A DNA stretch of 64,000 nucleotides from an uncultured delta proteobacterium (GTDB lineage Bacteria; Desulfobacterota; Binatia; Binatales; Binataceae): assembly GCA_963808235.1 (NCBI GenBank), contig CAWEEQ010000004.1, positions 2,528,001-2,592,000 of the forward strand, in the 5' to 3' direction. Under the pieces are notes generated by a model that was not told the origin of the DNA, searched no databases, and worked only from the letters and a program-made list of their open reading frames with translations. Shown here one piece after another: positions 29,499-39,118 of this stretch. The stretch's first letter is position 1; every line of letters starts with the position of its first letter. The position numbers and the translations under genes were made by a program.

Positions 29499-30800
29499 GT
29501 GATGATTTCACGCCGACGCCGATATGCAATTGCACTAACGATCGCAATTCTCCTGACGGCCTCCCACGCCAGCGCAGTTACGCTGACACTGGGCGGGCCG
29601 GCTCCCGACAGCGCGTCATCTGGCACTGACCTCACCTCGACGATCTGGGCCAGCGGATTCGGCGGAACGCTGGTGAAGATTGCCACGGTCGGCGGGCTTG
29701 CGCCCGGGGACGGAACGTTCACTGATATGGGCGTTCCCTCAATCTCGCCCGAGGGCATCGTGATCTTCGGCGCGGAAGTGACCGACCAGGGCGGTATCGC
29801 ACGATGGGAAATCTTTCGCGGCGATCCGAACGCACGAGTCAGCCAGCGGGTAGTGCCTGCAATCGAGAACGCTGCTTCGCCTGGATGCGTGCCTAATTTG
29901 AAGCTCGATCCTTATCCCGTAGCAGGATCGAACGGAACAATCGCGTTCATCGCGCCGGAGGCTGCGGGCTCCGATGCGTTGTTCCGTTATGCGAACGGAA
30001 AACTTACGTGCGCCACTCGGATTGGCGATCGAACCGCGCAGGGGCACCAACTCAAGTTGATGCATTTCGGAAGCGCGACGATGGCGGCGTCGGGCGAAGT
30101 CGCATTCATTGGACGCATCTATGACCGTCAGAGTGGTGGCGCTCAGCGCAGCTCGCATCTGGCGATGATGCTCGCACCCGCGCATGGACCGATTCGCGAG
30201 GTCGCCGTGGCAGGCTCGCGCGGACCCGGCGCCTCGCGCTATCTGGACAACTTCGGTTTGCCTGCAGTCGTCTCGACTCAGCGCGGCCCGATCGTTGCCT
30301 TTACCGCCACGAATTCTCGTCGACCGAGCGCGCGCGGTTATGGGCTGTACGTCTTTCGCGGCGGCAAGACAGTCGAGATGCTTGCGAGCGGCGATCGCTC
30401 TCCGGTTGGCCGCATATCGTTTCTATCCGACGGCAGGCCAGCCCTGTCCGGCAATGGCGTTCTCGCGGTGCGTGGCGCGTCCGCCGACCGCCGTGCGATC
30501 TTCTCGATTCACGACGGACACCCGGTCGTAGTCGCCGCTCCGGGACATGCAACCGAAGTCGGCTCTCGGATAGTCACCTTCGGCGATCCTGTGGTCAGCT
30601 CCTCCGGACGCATCATGGTTGGCATCATCGATGACGACGACCGCAATCTCCTCTACGCGCTCACGCCGGGAAACGTGATGCGGATTTCAACCGCACCGGA
30701 ACCCGAAGGCGAGCTGGTCTGCGGTCTCGGTCCGCAAATCTTCGCGGGCACCCTCGTCATCAACGAAGCCGGAGCGTTCGCTTTTATCGGTGGAAGGTAG
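29499..30800 (+). CDS. secreted beta-repeat protein (NxxGxxAF-type repeats)
   Basis: Signal ending ASA; repeats SNGTIAF, ASGEVAF, NEAGAFAF. Confidence 0.6.
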   Translation: MMISRRRRYAIALTIAILLTASHASAVTLTLGGPAPDSASSGTDLTSTIWASGFGGTLVKIATVGGLAPGDGTFTDMGVPSISPEGIVIFGAEVTDQGGIARWEIFRGDPNARVSQRVVPAIENAASPGCVPNLKLDPYPVAGSNGTIAFIAPEAAGSDALFRYANGKLTCATRIGDRTAQGHQLKLMHFGSATMAASGEVAFIGRIYDRQSGGAQRSSHLAMMLAPAHGPIREVAVAGSRGPGASRYLDNFGLPAVVSTQRGPIVAFTATNSRRPSARGYGLYVFRGGKTVEMLASGDRSPVGRISFLSDGRPALSGNGVLAVRGASADRRAIFSIHDGHPVVVAAPGHATEVGSRIVTFGDPVVSSSGRIMVGIIDDDDRNLLYALTPGNVMRISTAPEPEGELVCGLGPQIFAGTLVINEAGAFAFIGGR

Positions 30801-30897
30801 CGAAGTCGCAAGACTAAAATTGGGACTGAAATAACGGCGGAGAATCTAGCAGGTCCGCCACAGCGCCGGCGCATCTGCGGGCGCAGGAGTATCGGGC

Positions 30898-31620
30898 ATG
30901 GCAGATTCGAATCGTCGTCCGGTGTGCGTGGTCGTTGGTGTTGGCCCCGGCCTGGGGGCGGCATTGGCGCGAAGGTTTGCCAAAACCTACGCGGTCGCGC
31001 TGGTCGCGCGAGGCGCGGATAAGTTGGCCTCGTTCGCAAAGGAAATAGAAGCGGGCGGCGGTAAAGCGCTCGCAGTCGCGGCGGACATGGCCAAACCTGA
31101 CGACATCGGCGCTGCGTTCGAGAAGATTCGGCGCGAACTCGGCGACGTTGATGCGCTCCTATACAACGCCGCGATGCGCCCGTTCGGCAAGCTGATGGAC
31201 ACCAAGCCGAGCACCTTCGAGAACACCTGGCGGGTAAGCACGTTTGGCGCGTTTCTCGCCGCGCAGGCGGTAGTGCCGTCGATGCTGAAACGCGGCAGCG
31301 GCGTGATCATCTTCACCGGAGCGACCGCCGGTGTGAAACCATTCGCCACCTCGGCGGCGTTCGGACCGGCGAAATTCGCGTTGCGCGGGTTGGCACAGGT
31401 GATGGGACGCGATTTGCAGCCGCAGGGGATTCACGTCGCGTACGTCAACGTCGACGGCGCGATCGACATGCCAGCCATCCGCGAACGGTTCCCGCAGCTC
31501 GGCGAGGACAACATGCTGAAGCCGTCTGCGATCGCGGAGACGTATTGGCATCTCGCTCACCAGGATCGCAGCGCGTGGAGCCACGACGTCGACGTTCGTC
31601 CCTTTACGGAGAAGTGGTAG
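30898..31620 (+). CDS. short-chain dehydrogenase/reductase
   Basis: VGVGPGLG, YNA, FTGATA, F..AKFALRGLAQ, IHVA.V..DG.I. Confidence 0.93.
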   Translation: MADSNRRPVCVVVGVGPGLGAALARRFAKTYAVALVARGADKLASFAKEIEAGGGKALAVAADMAKPDDIGAAFEKIRRELGDVDALLYNAAMRPFGKLMDTKPSTFENTWRVSTFGAFLAAQAVVPSMLKRGSGVIIFTGATAGVKPFATSAAFGPAKFALRGLAQVMGRDLQPQGIHVAYVNVDGAIDMPAIRERFPQLGEDNMLKPSAIAETYWHLAHQDRSAWSHDVDVRPFTEKW

Positions 31621-31626
31621 AGGTGT

Positions 31627-33930
31627 TCACGGTTTCGACTTCGCGAGTCCGTCGACAGGATCGTTTGCGAGCTCGGTTTTGTCGGTTCCGTTGACGCCGA
31701 ATTGTTTGATGACGTTTGCGAGTTGGGCGGGCGAGCGGACTGGGGTGGCGCAGGCTGTTCCTGCGCATACGAATGCTCGTGGCGCACTCTCCCCGGCGCT
31801 TGCTGCCGCCATCGCGTTCGCTGCCGCGGGCAACTCTGGCGCGCCGCTGCCCGTGAATTGAATCGTCATTACGATTTTGCCCGGCCGATAACTCGCTAGC
31901 CCCGTCCTCCACAAGGCAGCCGCACGCGGATCAGTTTGCGGATCCAACTATCGCGATCACCGCAGGCCCTTGTTTTCGATACTCGAGCGCGAGACCGAGC
32001 GTAGCGACCGCGCTCGTCATCATGGATTTCGCCAACGACGGCGCCTCCGCGAGGAGGTCGTTCGACGCTTTCGTGTAGCTGTCCTCGCCCGTCAACGATC
32101 CGAGCTTGTCCATCGCGATCGCCATCGTCGCTTGCACCGACGGCATCGGCATGTCGAGGAACGCCTGAGCATTTGCCTCGGACTCGGCAATCACGGTCCC
32201 CTTGTCGGCGTTGCTAACACTCACAAGCAGACTCGAGCCGGGCGGGTGGAAGTTCTTTTGAATGATCGCGGCAAGCGCGCGCGCCTCGTTCAAATACTTT
32301 GCGTCGGCGGAGAATTGGTACGCGTCGATGAGCGCGTCGAGCAGATAAACCTGGTCTGCAACGAGCCCGGCGACTTGCGCACGCCCGTCGGACCACACAT
32401 GGTAGACGCTTCCATCGGGCGCACGCAGATGGGCGAGAATGAAGTCCAGGTCATCCAGCGCGATGCGTTTCAGGCTTTGATCGCCGAGCGCCGCTGACGC
32501 GGTCAGGTACGCATCCGCCATCAGTGCGTTCCGATCCGTCATCACAGCATGATCCACCTGCGGCGTCTTGCGATGCTGCCGCGCGACCATCATCGTCGCG
32601 CTGGCCTTCGCTACGGTGTCGCGCGCCCGCTCGGTAGAAATCTTGAGCGCCGACGCTATCTGCTTCGCCGTCATCGCGCGTCTCAACACGATTCGCCCGT
32701 CGGGTGCGAGCGCGGGAGAATCCTCCATCCCAAAATAAAGTTCCGCGACCCGGGCCTGATCGGCCGGCAGCGTGCGCCTGACCTCCTCGATGGTCCAGGT
32801 GTAATAACTGCCGTCGTCGCCTTTGAAGGAATCCGCGTCCTGATGGGAGTAGAACGTGTGCGTTTTCGGATCGAGCAACTCACGATTCACGTATCCGGCG
32901 ATCGCTCTCGCATCTTGCGCGAACTCCTGGTCGCCGCTCACCTCGTACGCCTCGCAGTACGCTCGCAAGCCCATCGCATTGTCGTAGCCGAGCTTCTCGA
33001 AATGCGGCACGCGCCACTCAGGATCGGTCGAGTAGCGGTGAAAGCCGCCTCCCAGTTGATCGAACACTCCACCGGCCGCAATTTTCCTGAGCGTGTCGAG
33101 CGCCATCGCCGTGTATTCCGGATGCCCGTAGAATCCATGCGCGAGCGCCAGCTCGAGGGCCGTAAAATCGTAGAATCGCGGCCCCGGTCCGGTCGCGAAA
33201 CCGCCCGACGCGCGATCGTAAGAAGCGGCAAGACCGGCAATCGTTTGCGCGCGGATCGCGTCGAGGCCGCCGGGCGCCGGCTGGTCGGCTTTGTTGGCGG
33301 ATTTGAGCTTTGCAGCGGTCGCGTCCGCGTCGTGCTCAATCGCCGGGCGGCTGGTCGCATACACGTGCGCAATCCGAGCGAGCAGGGGCGCCATCGAAGA
33401 AGTCTCCCCACCGCTCCCGTTCGGCCCGGTGCCGGGCTGCGGCGGCAGATATCCAGCGGCGAAAAACAGCGCGCCATCTGCGGTCGTGAAACAGGTGAGC
33501 GGCCACCCGCCGGCGCCGGTCAGATGCGCGGCGGCGTTCTGGTAGTAGCCGTCGATATCGGGACGTTCATCGGTATCGACCTTCACTGGCACGAAATTTC
33601 GATTGAGCTCGGCCACGACCTCCGGGTCGGCATACGTCGTCTGGTCCATCACGTGACACCAGTGACACCACACGGCGCCAATATCTATAAGGATCGGACG
33701 ATTGAGCGTACGCGCGAGTGCAAACGTCTCTGGGCCCCAGCGCTGCCATCGGATGGCGCTCGAAGCGGCCTCGCGAAGGTAGAGACTCGCCGACGACTTG
33801 AGCGCATGCGCGGGCAAAGCGTCCGCCGACTGGTCCGAGGCGGGCGCCGGTGAGGGTGCGCCAGGCGCCGGCCGGCCTACGATGCAGACGATCGCAATTG
33901 AAGCAAGAATCGTTTTCGTTGACTTCCACC
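31627..33930 (-). CDS. YyaL/SSP411 (DUF255) thioredoxin + alpha/alpha-toroid protein, frameshift at about 31935; start uncertain
   Basis: IGAVWCHWCHVMD, KVD.DERPDID..YQ, GGWPLT, GGFHRYSTD..W.VPHFEK..YDNA. Removing one base joins the tail AFVC.GTAC..PV. Confidence 0.88.
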
Positions 33931-34142
33931 AGCCGCCGCGAGAAATTGGAACTCGACGTTGTGGAGCGCCGGGTAAATCATCGAGAGTAGCCGAAATCAA
34001 TTTTTGCGTTGGATTCAAGTATGGCTGCCACATCAAACAACCCGGACCATCGCCGCTCGGTTCCGTCATGAGTGGAAGATCCGCAACTCGATCTCGCCGC
34101 CGCCCTCCGAAATTGCAAAACCGTCCTGCGAAAGTCATCAGG

Positions 34143-34682
34143 ATGCCGACTCCAAGAGTGGTACGGCGTCGCCGGGCGATCAAGGCTGGACTCGGATTGC
34201 TGGTGCTCTCGTTGATCGGCGCGATAATCGCGCGGCTTTACTTGATGCGAACCGCGCCGCCCTCGCCGGAAAAAGTGTCCGGGCAGACCGAGCAGGAAAC
34301 CGAAATCATCGGGCTCGAGAATCAGGAACGAAGCCGGGCCGGGCTTAAGCCGCTCAAGTTTTCGCCCCGGCTCGCCGTGATTGCGCGCGGCCACAGCTAC
34401 GATATGGCGATGCGCCACTACTTGGCGCACAGCAGCCCCGAAGGCGTCGCGCCCGCCGATCGTATCGGTGGGGTCGGTATCGACTACCAGGTCGTGGGCG
34501 AAAATATCTACATGGACTACTACACCGACCCGCGCGAGATGCCGCAGCGTGCGATGGATGGATGGCGCAAGAGCCCGGCACATCACGCCAACATCGTGTC
34601 CGCGCAGTTTACCGAAACCGGCGTCGGAATCGCGCGTTCCGCCGACGGCAACACCTACGTCACGCAGGATTTCGTCCGCTAG
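34143..34682 (+). CDS. CAP (SCP) domain protein
   Basis: TM/signal, N.ER..AGL.PL, A.GHS.DMA, GENI, W.KSP.H..NI, G.G, TQDF. Confidence 0.92.
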   Translation: MPTPRVVRRRRAIKAGLGLLVLSLIGAIIARLYLMRTAPPSPEKVSGQTEQETEIIGLENQERSRAGLKPLKFSPRLAVIARGHSYDMAMRHYLAHSSPEGVAPADRIGGVGIDYQVVGENIYMDYYTDPREMPQRAMDGWRKSPAHHANIVSAQFTETGVGIARSADGNTYVTQDFVR

Positions 34683-34696
34683 CAGGACGCGCAAAG

Positions 34697-35695
34697 ATGG
34701 ATTTCTCCGAACTCGCCGCGCTCGCGGGAGGTCACGCGGAAGCGCGCGCGATTCAGACTGCGCTCAAGCTTGGAATTTTCGATACCCTCGAGCGCGCCAC
34801 ACTCGACGCCGAGGCTCTTTCCAAAGCAACCGGGACCAATCGCCGCGCCGTGGCGATCCTCGCTGACGCGATGGTGTCGCTGGGTCTGCTCGAGAAACGC
34901 GCGAGCCGGTACGATCTGACCGCCGTATCGCGGAACTTCATGCTCAAGTCGTCCGCCGAATACCTGGGCGGATTGATCCTTTTCGACGAAGCGATCTTCG
35001 AAAACTGGGTCCATCTGGATCAAACGATTCGGACCGGCGCTCCGGCGCGCAGGCCCGACATGTTTCAGAACCGCGCCGAGGAGACCGAGCGCTTCATCCG
35101 CGCCATGGACAGCCTGACTCGCGCACGCGGTGATCCGCGCTACGTTGCGGAGCGGCTCGATCTCAGCCGCGTCTCGAAGGTCGCCGACGTTGGCGGCGGT
35201 CCCGGAACCTATTGCGCCGCGATGCTCCAGCGATGGCCCCATCTGCACGCTGCAATCTACGATCTACCTGCTACACTGGAAGTCGCCCGCCGCATCCTCG
35301 CCGAACGCGAGCCGCGAGTCTCGTCGCGAATCGACCTGGTGCGCGTCGATTACCTGTACGACGAGATTCCAGGACCATGCGGAGCGCTCTTCATGTCGAA
35401 TATACTTCACAACGAAGATGAGACGACCAACGCCGAACTGTTGCGCAAATGTTTTCGTGCACTCGAATCCGGCGGCTTGATAGTCATCAAGGACCACATC
35501 ATGAATGCCGATCTGACTGCGCCGCGTGCGGGAGCGATTTTCGCTCTCTACCTGCTGCTGACGACGCGCGGCCGCGACTATTCGTTCGACGAAGTCTCGC
35601 AGTGGCTGGGCGATGCCGGTTTTATCGATATCCGGCTCGAAGCGCTGCCCAGTCCGCCGTTCACTTCGTCGATGGTGCTCGCGCGAAAGCCGTGA
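34697..35695 (+). CDS. SAM-dependent O-methyltransferase with dimerisation domain
   Basis: A.KLGIFD, DVGGGPG, DLP, SNILH, GRDYS. Confidence 0.92.
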   Translation: MDFSELAALAGGHAEARAIQTALKLGIFDTLERATLDAEALSKATGTNRRAVAILADAMVSLGLLEKRASRYDLTAVSRNFMLKSSAEYLGGLILFDEAIFENWVHLDQTIRTGAPARRPDMFQNRAEETERFIRAMDSLTRARGDPRYVAERLDLSRVSKVADVGGGPGTYCAAMLQRWPHLHAAIYDLPATLEVARRILAEREPRVSSRIDLVRVDYLYDEIPGPCGALFMSNILHNEDETTNAELLRKCFRALESGGLIVIKDHIMNADLTAPRAGAIFALYLLLTTRGRDYSFDEVSQWLGDAGFIDIRLEALPSPPFTSSMVLARKP

Positions 35696-35699
35696 ACGC

Positions 35700-36314
35700 G
35701 TGAAATATAGTTTCGGATTCAAAGCCCTGCTGGCGGCGATATTGTCCGCGCTTGCGATCGAGTGCTCGGGATGCGCGGCGGGCGCGGTCAGCATGGTGAG
35801 CACCGTGGCCCCAATGGTTGCCGCCGGCAGCGCGCAGGTCATCGGCTCTCAAGTCGCGATGAGAGAGGGTGGCGGAACCGGAATCCCAAAAGAGGACGAG
35901 GCCGATCGGTGCGATCAACTTTTGCGCGTTCCACCTGGCACCGAAGAAGTGCGCAAAACCAAGGACGGGGTGATCGAATCGCGCCAGTGGAAGGTCACTG
36001 AGAATGGCGGCAATCCGGTTTGGATGCTGGTCGCGGAGAAAAGCGCACCGGAGGACTCGTGGAAGCCGAAGCCCGAGATTGCGCGGCTCAATTTCAATCC
36101 GCCTCTTTACCAGATGCTGGAGCCCGACAAACCGCAGTTCCTGGCTTACGCTCCGGCGGACGTCGTCAACCCAACTGACAGCGAGCAGTTTGACTCGATG
36201 ACCGCGGCATTCGGCGCCGGGGTCGGCACGTTCGAGTGGCGGGGGCGAACATATAGTTACGTGACCGTGAAAGAACTGCCGTGCTTCAAGCCGGACCACA
36301 AAAGTGAAAAGTGA
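35700..36314 (+). CDS. putative lipoprotein
   Basis: GTG start, hydrophobic N-terminus with SGC lipobox, operonic spacing. Confidence 0.65.
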   Translation: MKYSFGFKALLAAILSALAIECSGCAAGAVSMVSTVAPMVAAGSAQVIGSQVAMREGGGTGIPKEDEADRCDQLLRVPPGTEEVRKTKDGVIESRQWKVTENGGNPVWMLVAEKSAPEDSWKPKPEIARLNFNPPLYQMLEPDKPQFLAYAPADVVNPTDSEQFDSMTAAFGAGVGTFEWRGRTYSYVTVKELPCFKPDHKSEK

Positions 36315-37300
36315 AAATGGTCTCGCTCCACGGCCGGCGTTCGATTCGATCGCTTGAGATTGTCATCACGCTGGCAATTATTTTTTCGCTGGCGCTAATT
36401 GGCTTGAGGTCGTACGCTCAGACCATGACCGCGAACCATCTGCATCCTGATCTCGATCCCGCGTCGTGGCCGGACACCGCTCTGACAATTTCCAACCTGG
36501 GCCATGCCGCTTTGCTGATGAATTATTTCGGGACCCGCGTCATCACCGACCCGAGCCTTTTTTCCCGCGTGGGCCTGTCGATTGATTCTATAGTGACGAT
36601 TGGGCCGAAACGATTCATCGATCCGCCGCTCGCTCCAGCCGAGTTGCAGCAGCTCGATTTGATTCTGATCACCCACGCGCACATGGATCATCTCGACATC
36701 CCCTCGCTAAAGTCATTGCCAAAGACGGCGGTGGTCGTCGCGTGTGAGAACTGCTCGAAGATCATCGCGCCGCTGGGTTTCAAGGATGTCCGCGAACTCA
36801 AGTGGGGCGAGGCCACGACTGTGAAGGGACTCACGATTCGTGCGATGGGCGCGCGTCATTGGGGACGCCGATGGCCTCCGTTCGGCGGAGATTACGGCTT
36901 CAACAGCTACGTGCTCGAAAAAAACGGCCACCGGATGCTGCTCGCGTGCGACAGCGCCGAGACCGATCTGTTCGCGGCCGTTGCGAGCAATCCTCCCGAG
37001 GTCGCGGCGTTCTCAATCGGCGCGTACGACCCGTGGATCTACAATCACGCGAATCCGGAACAAGTCTGGGCGATGTTTAAGCAGACCGGCGCTCGCTACC
37101 TGCTCCCGATTCACTGGGGCACGTTCAAACTGTCGAAGGAACCGATGGAAGAACCGTTGCAAAGGCTGATAGCCGCGGCCGGCGATCAGCAGGACCGGAT
37201 CGTGCTGCGCAAAATCGGCGGAACATGGACGCTGCCCGAATCTGGGGCAGCATCCGAGCAGGCAGAGGCGCCGCGCGCGTCCAGCGCCGCGAGTCGTTAG
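36311..37300 (+). CDS. MBL-fold metallo-hydrolase (NAPE-PLD/RomA-like)
   Basis: LGHA, TDP, THAHMDHLD, ARHW, IGAY.P, PIHWGTF.LS.EP. Confidence 0.92.
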   Translation: MKMVSLHGRRSIRSLEIVITLAIIFSLALIGLRSYAQTMTANHLHPDLDPASWPDTALTISNLGHAALLMNYFGTRVITDPSLFSRVGLSIDSIVTIGPKRFIDPPLAPAELQQLDLILITHAHMDHLDIPSLKSLPKTAVVVACENCSKIIAPLGFKDVRELKWGEATTVKGLTIRAMGARHWGRRWPPFGGDYGFNSYVLEKNGHRMLLACDSAETDLFAAVASNPPEVAAFSIGAYDPWIYNHANPEQVWAMFKQTGARYLLPIHWGTFKLSKEPMEEPLQRLIAAAGDQQDRIVLRKIGGTWTLPESGAASEQAEAPRASSAASR

Positions 37301-37308
37301 CCAAACTG

Positions 37309-38163
37309 ATGGCTGCAGTCGCGCCGTTGATGGCGTATCGGGTGAAGCCCCCTCTCAAGTGGGCTGGCGGAAAACGGTGGCTCGTCCCTTATCTCGAAGA
37401 TCTCCACCAGCCTTACCGGTCTCAGCGTTTCGTAGAGCCGCTCTGCGGAGGGCTCGCGATTGCGCTGGGACTGACTCCCGAACGCACCGTCATAAACGAC
37501 ATCAATCCGCATGCCATAAGCTTTTACCGTTGGTTGAAGAAAGGCTTACGCATCAAGCTCAAGATGCGGAATGACCCGACCTACTTCTATTCGCGAAGGG
37601 CCAGGTTCAATCAGCTCATCCGCAAGGGCGAAGCCGAGAGCAAGGAAGCCGCAAGCATTTTCTATTATCTGAATCGCACTTGTTACAACGGCTTGTGCCG
37701 GTTCAATAGCAAGGGTGTCTTCAACGTGCCCTTCGGACGACATACGAACATCAATTACAAGACTGACTTCGCCGAGTATGTATCAACCTTTGCCGCGTGG
37801 GAGTTTATTTGCGGAGACTTTGAGAGAGTCGACCTGAAGCCCGATGATTTTATATACGCAGATCCACCGTACGACGTGGAGTTTACGCAGTATTCGAAGG
37901 AAAACTTCGATTGGCGGGACCAGGTTAGACTGGCGAATTGGCTGGCACGTCACACGGGCCCAGTAGTGTTGTCGAATCAGGCTACTAAGCGAATACGGCG
38001 GCTATACGCCGAACTCGGATTCAAGCTGATCGTCCTAAGTGCTCCTCGTTTTATCAGTTGCAGGGGAGATCGCTCTCGAGCGGAGGAAGTCCTGGCTATC
38101 AGGAATCTCCGCATGTCCGAGGCAATGGAAGCCTTGGTCCAGCGATCTGCGGCGGCGGATTAA
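37309..38163 (+). CDS. dam: Dam-family (D12 class) DNA adenine methyltransferase
   Basis: LKWAGGKR, EP.CGG, NDIN, YLNRTCYNGL.R.N.KG.FNVPFG, YADPPY. Confidence 0.93.
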   Translation: MAAVAPLMAYRVKPPLKWAGGKRWLVPYLEDLHQPYRSQRFVEPLCGGLAIALGLTPERTVINDINPHAISFYRWLKKGLRIKLKMRNDPTYFYSRRARFNQLIRKGEAESKEAASIFYYLNRTCYNGLCRFNSKGVFNVPFGRHTNINYKTDFAEYVSTFAAWEFICGDFERVDLKPDDFIYADPPYDVEFTQYSKENFDWRDQVRLANWLARHTGPVVLSNQATKRIRRLYAELGFKLIVLSAPRFISCRGDRSRAEEVLAIRNLRMSEAMEALVQRSAAAD

Positions 38164-38194
38164 ATCCGACGATTTTCCGATGAGGTACCGGTGC

Positions 38195-38222
38195 TTGACA
38201 AGATGATCTAAGATGCTACCAT
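38195..38222 (+). promoter_or_regulatory. sigma70-type promoter (TTGACA-16nt-TACCAT, extended -10)
   Basis: Consensus -35 at 38195, TG at 38214, -10 at 38217; AGGAG RBS before ATG 38251. Confidence 0.7.
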
Positions 38223-38250
38223 TGTCGTATCATCCTACAGGAGATCGTCG

Positions 38251-39057
38251 ATGTCTGATTTTACCGTACAAATTGAAGGCCCGGGCCTAACTCTGAAACG
38301 TGAGGTTGAGGAGGCGGTGGTTCTACGCGTTCTCGGAGTCCTACTTGGCTCAAAGGCACCGTCTATGTTCACACAAGCTTCGGGTTTGCCGTCATCGGTT
38401 GCTCCACCTGTCGTGGTAGCGAATTTGGGCGAATCACCTCGCGAGTATCTGGACCGCTCGGGCGCAAAGTCAAACCCGGAGAAGATTACCGCACTGGGTC
38501 TCTACCTTCGCGCCCAGGGAAGCGAGTCGTTCACCGCCCGAAGCCTTAGAGACCTCTTCGTCGCGGCTGGCGAAGCCACTCCACAGAATTTACCGCGAGA
38601 CATCAAACGTACGGTCCGAGCTGGATTTCTATCCGCACGCCCCGATCAGCCAGATAACTATTATGTTACGAATCGAGGGGAGACGTCGGCAGAAAGTGGA
38701 TTCGCGGAGCGGCCGTCAGTAACTCGGCGATCAAGTCGCTCGAAGGGAACAAACGGCCCGAATGCAGAAGAGGGCTTACCATCGACCCAGCGCGTTACCA
38801 AAAACGGTGGGGGGGCTCGATCGGTACTGGACGAACTGCTTGTCGAACGTTTCTTCAAGGAACCTCGAACCTACCACGATATTGTTCATACCGCGTCCGA
38901 AAAAGGTCACCGACTGGTTCGCACGGATCTCACGCAACCTCTGTTGAATTTGGTTCAAGCACGACCGCCTAGGCTCAAGCGCCAGAAGGTCAAAATCGCT
39001 GGGACTCCACGACCCGTCTGGGCGTATACGGAGCCTCAACGCGGAGACGCGGCATGA
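38251..39057 (+). CDS. hypothetical protein, probably two winged-helix-like domains
   Basis: Own promoter and RBS; segments FT...L...F...P.N..RDI...V..G.L...YYVT.RG and L..L....FF..PRT..DI......G.......L...L..LV...L.R; codon usage is less GC-biased. Confidence 0.7.
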   Translation: MSDFTVQIEGPGLTLKREVEEAVVLRVLGVLLGSKAPSMFTQASGLPSSVAPPVVVANLGESPREYLDRSGAKSNPEKITALGLYLRAQGSESFTARSLRDLFVAAGEATPQNLPRDIKRTVRAGFLSARPDQPDNYYVTNRGETSAESGFAERPSVTRRSSRSKGTNGPNAEEGLPSTQRVTKNGGGARSVLDELLVERFFKEPRTYHDIVHTASEKGHRLVRTDLTQPLLNLVQARPPRLKRQKVKIAGTPRPVWAYTEPQRGDAA

Positions 39058-39118
39058 GGTTGCGCCTCATAGTTCGGGAAATATGGGAACCGAGGGTATC
39101 TTTGCGACCGGCGCGCGG

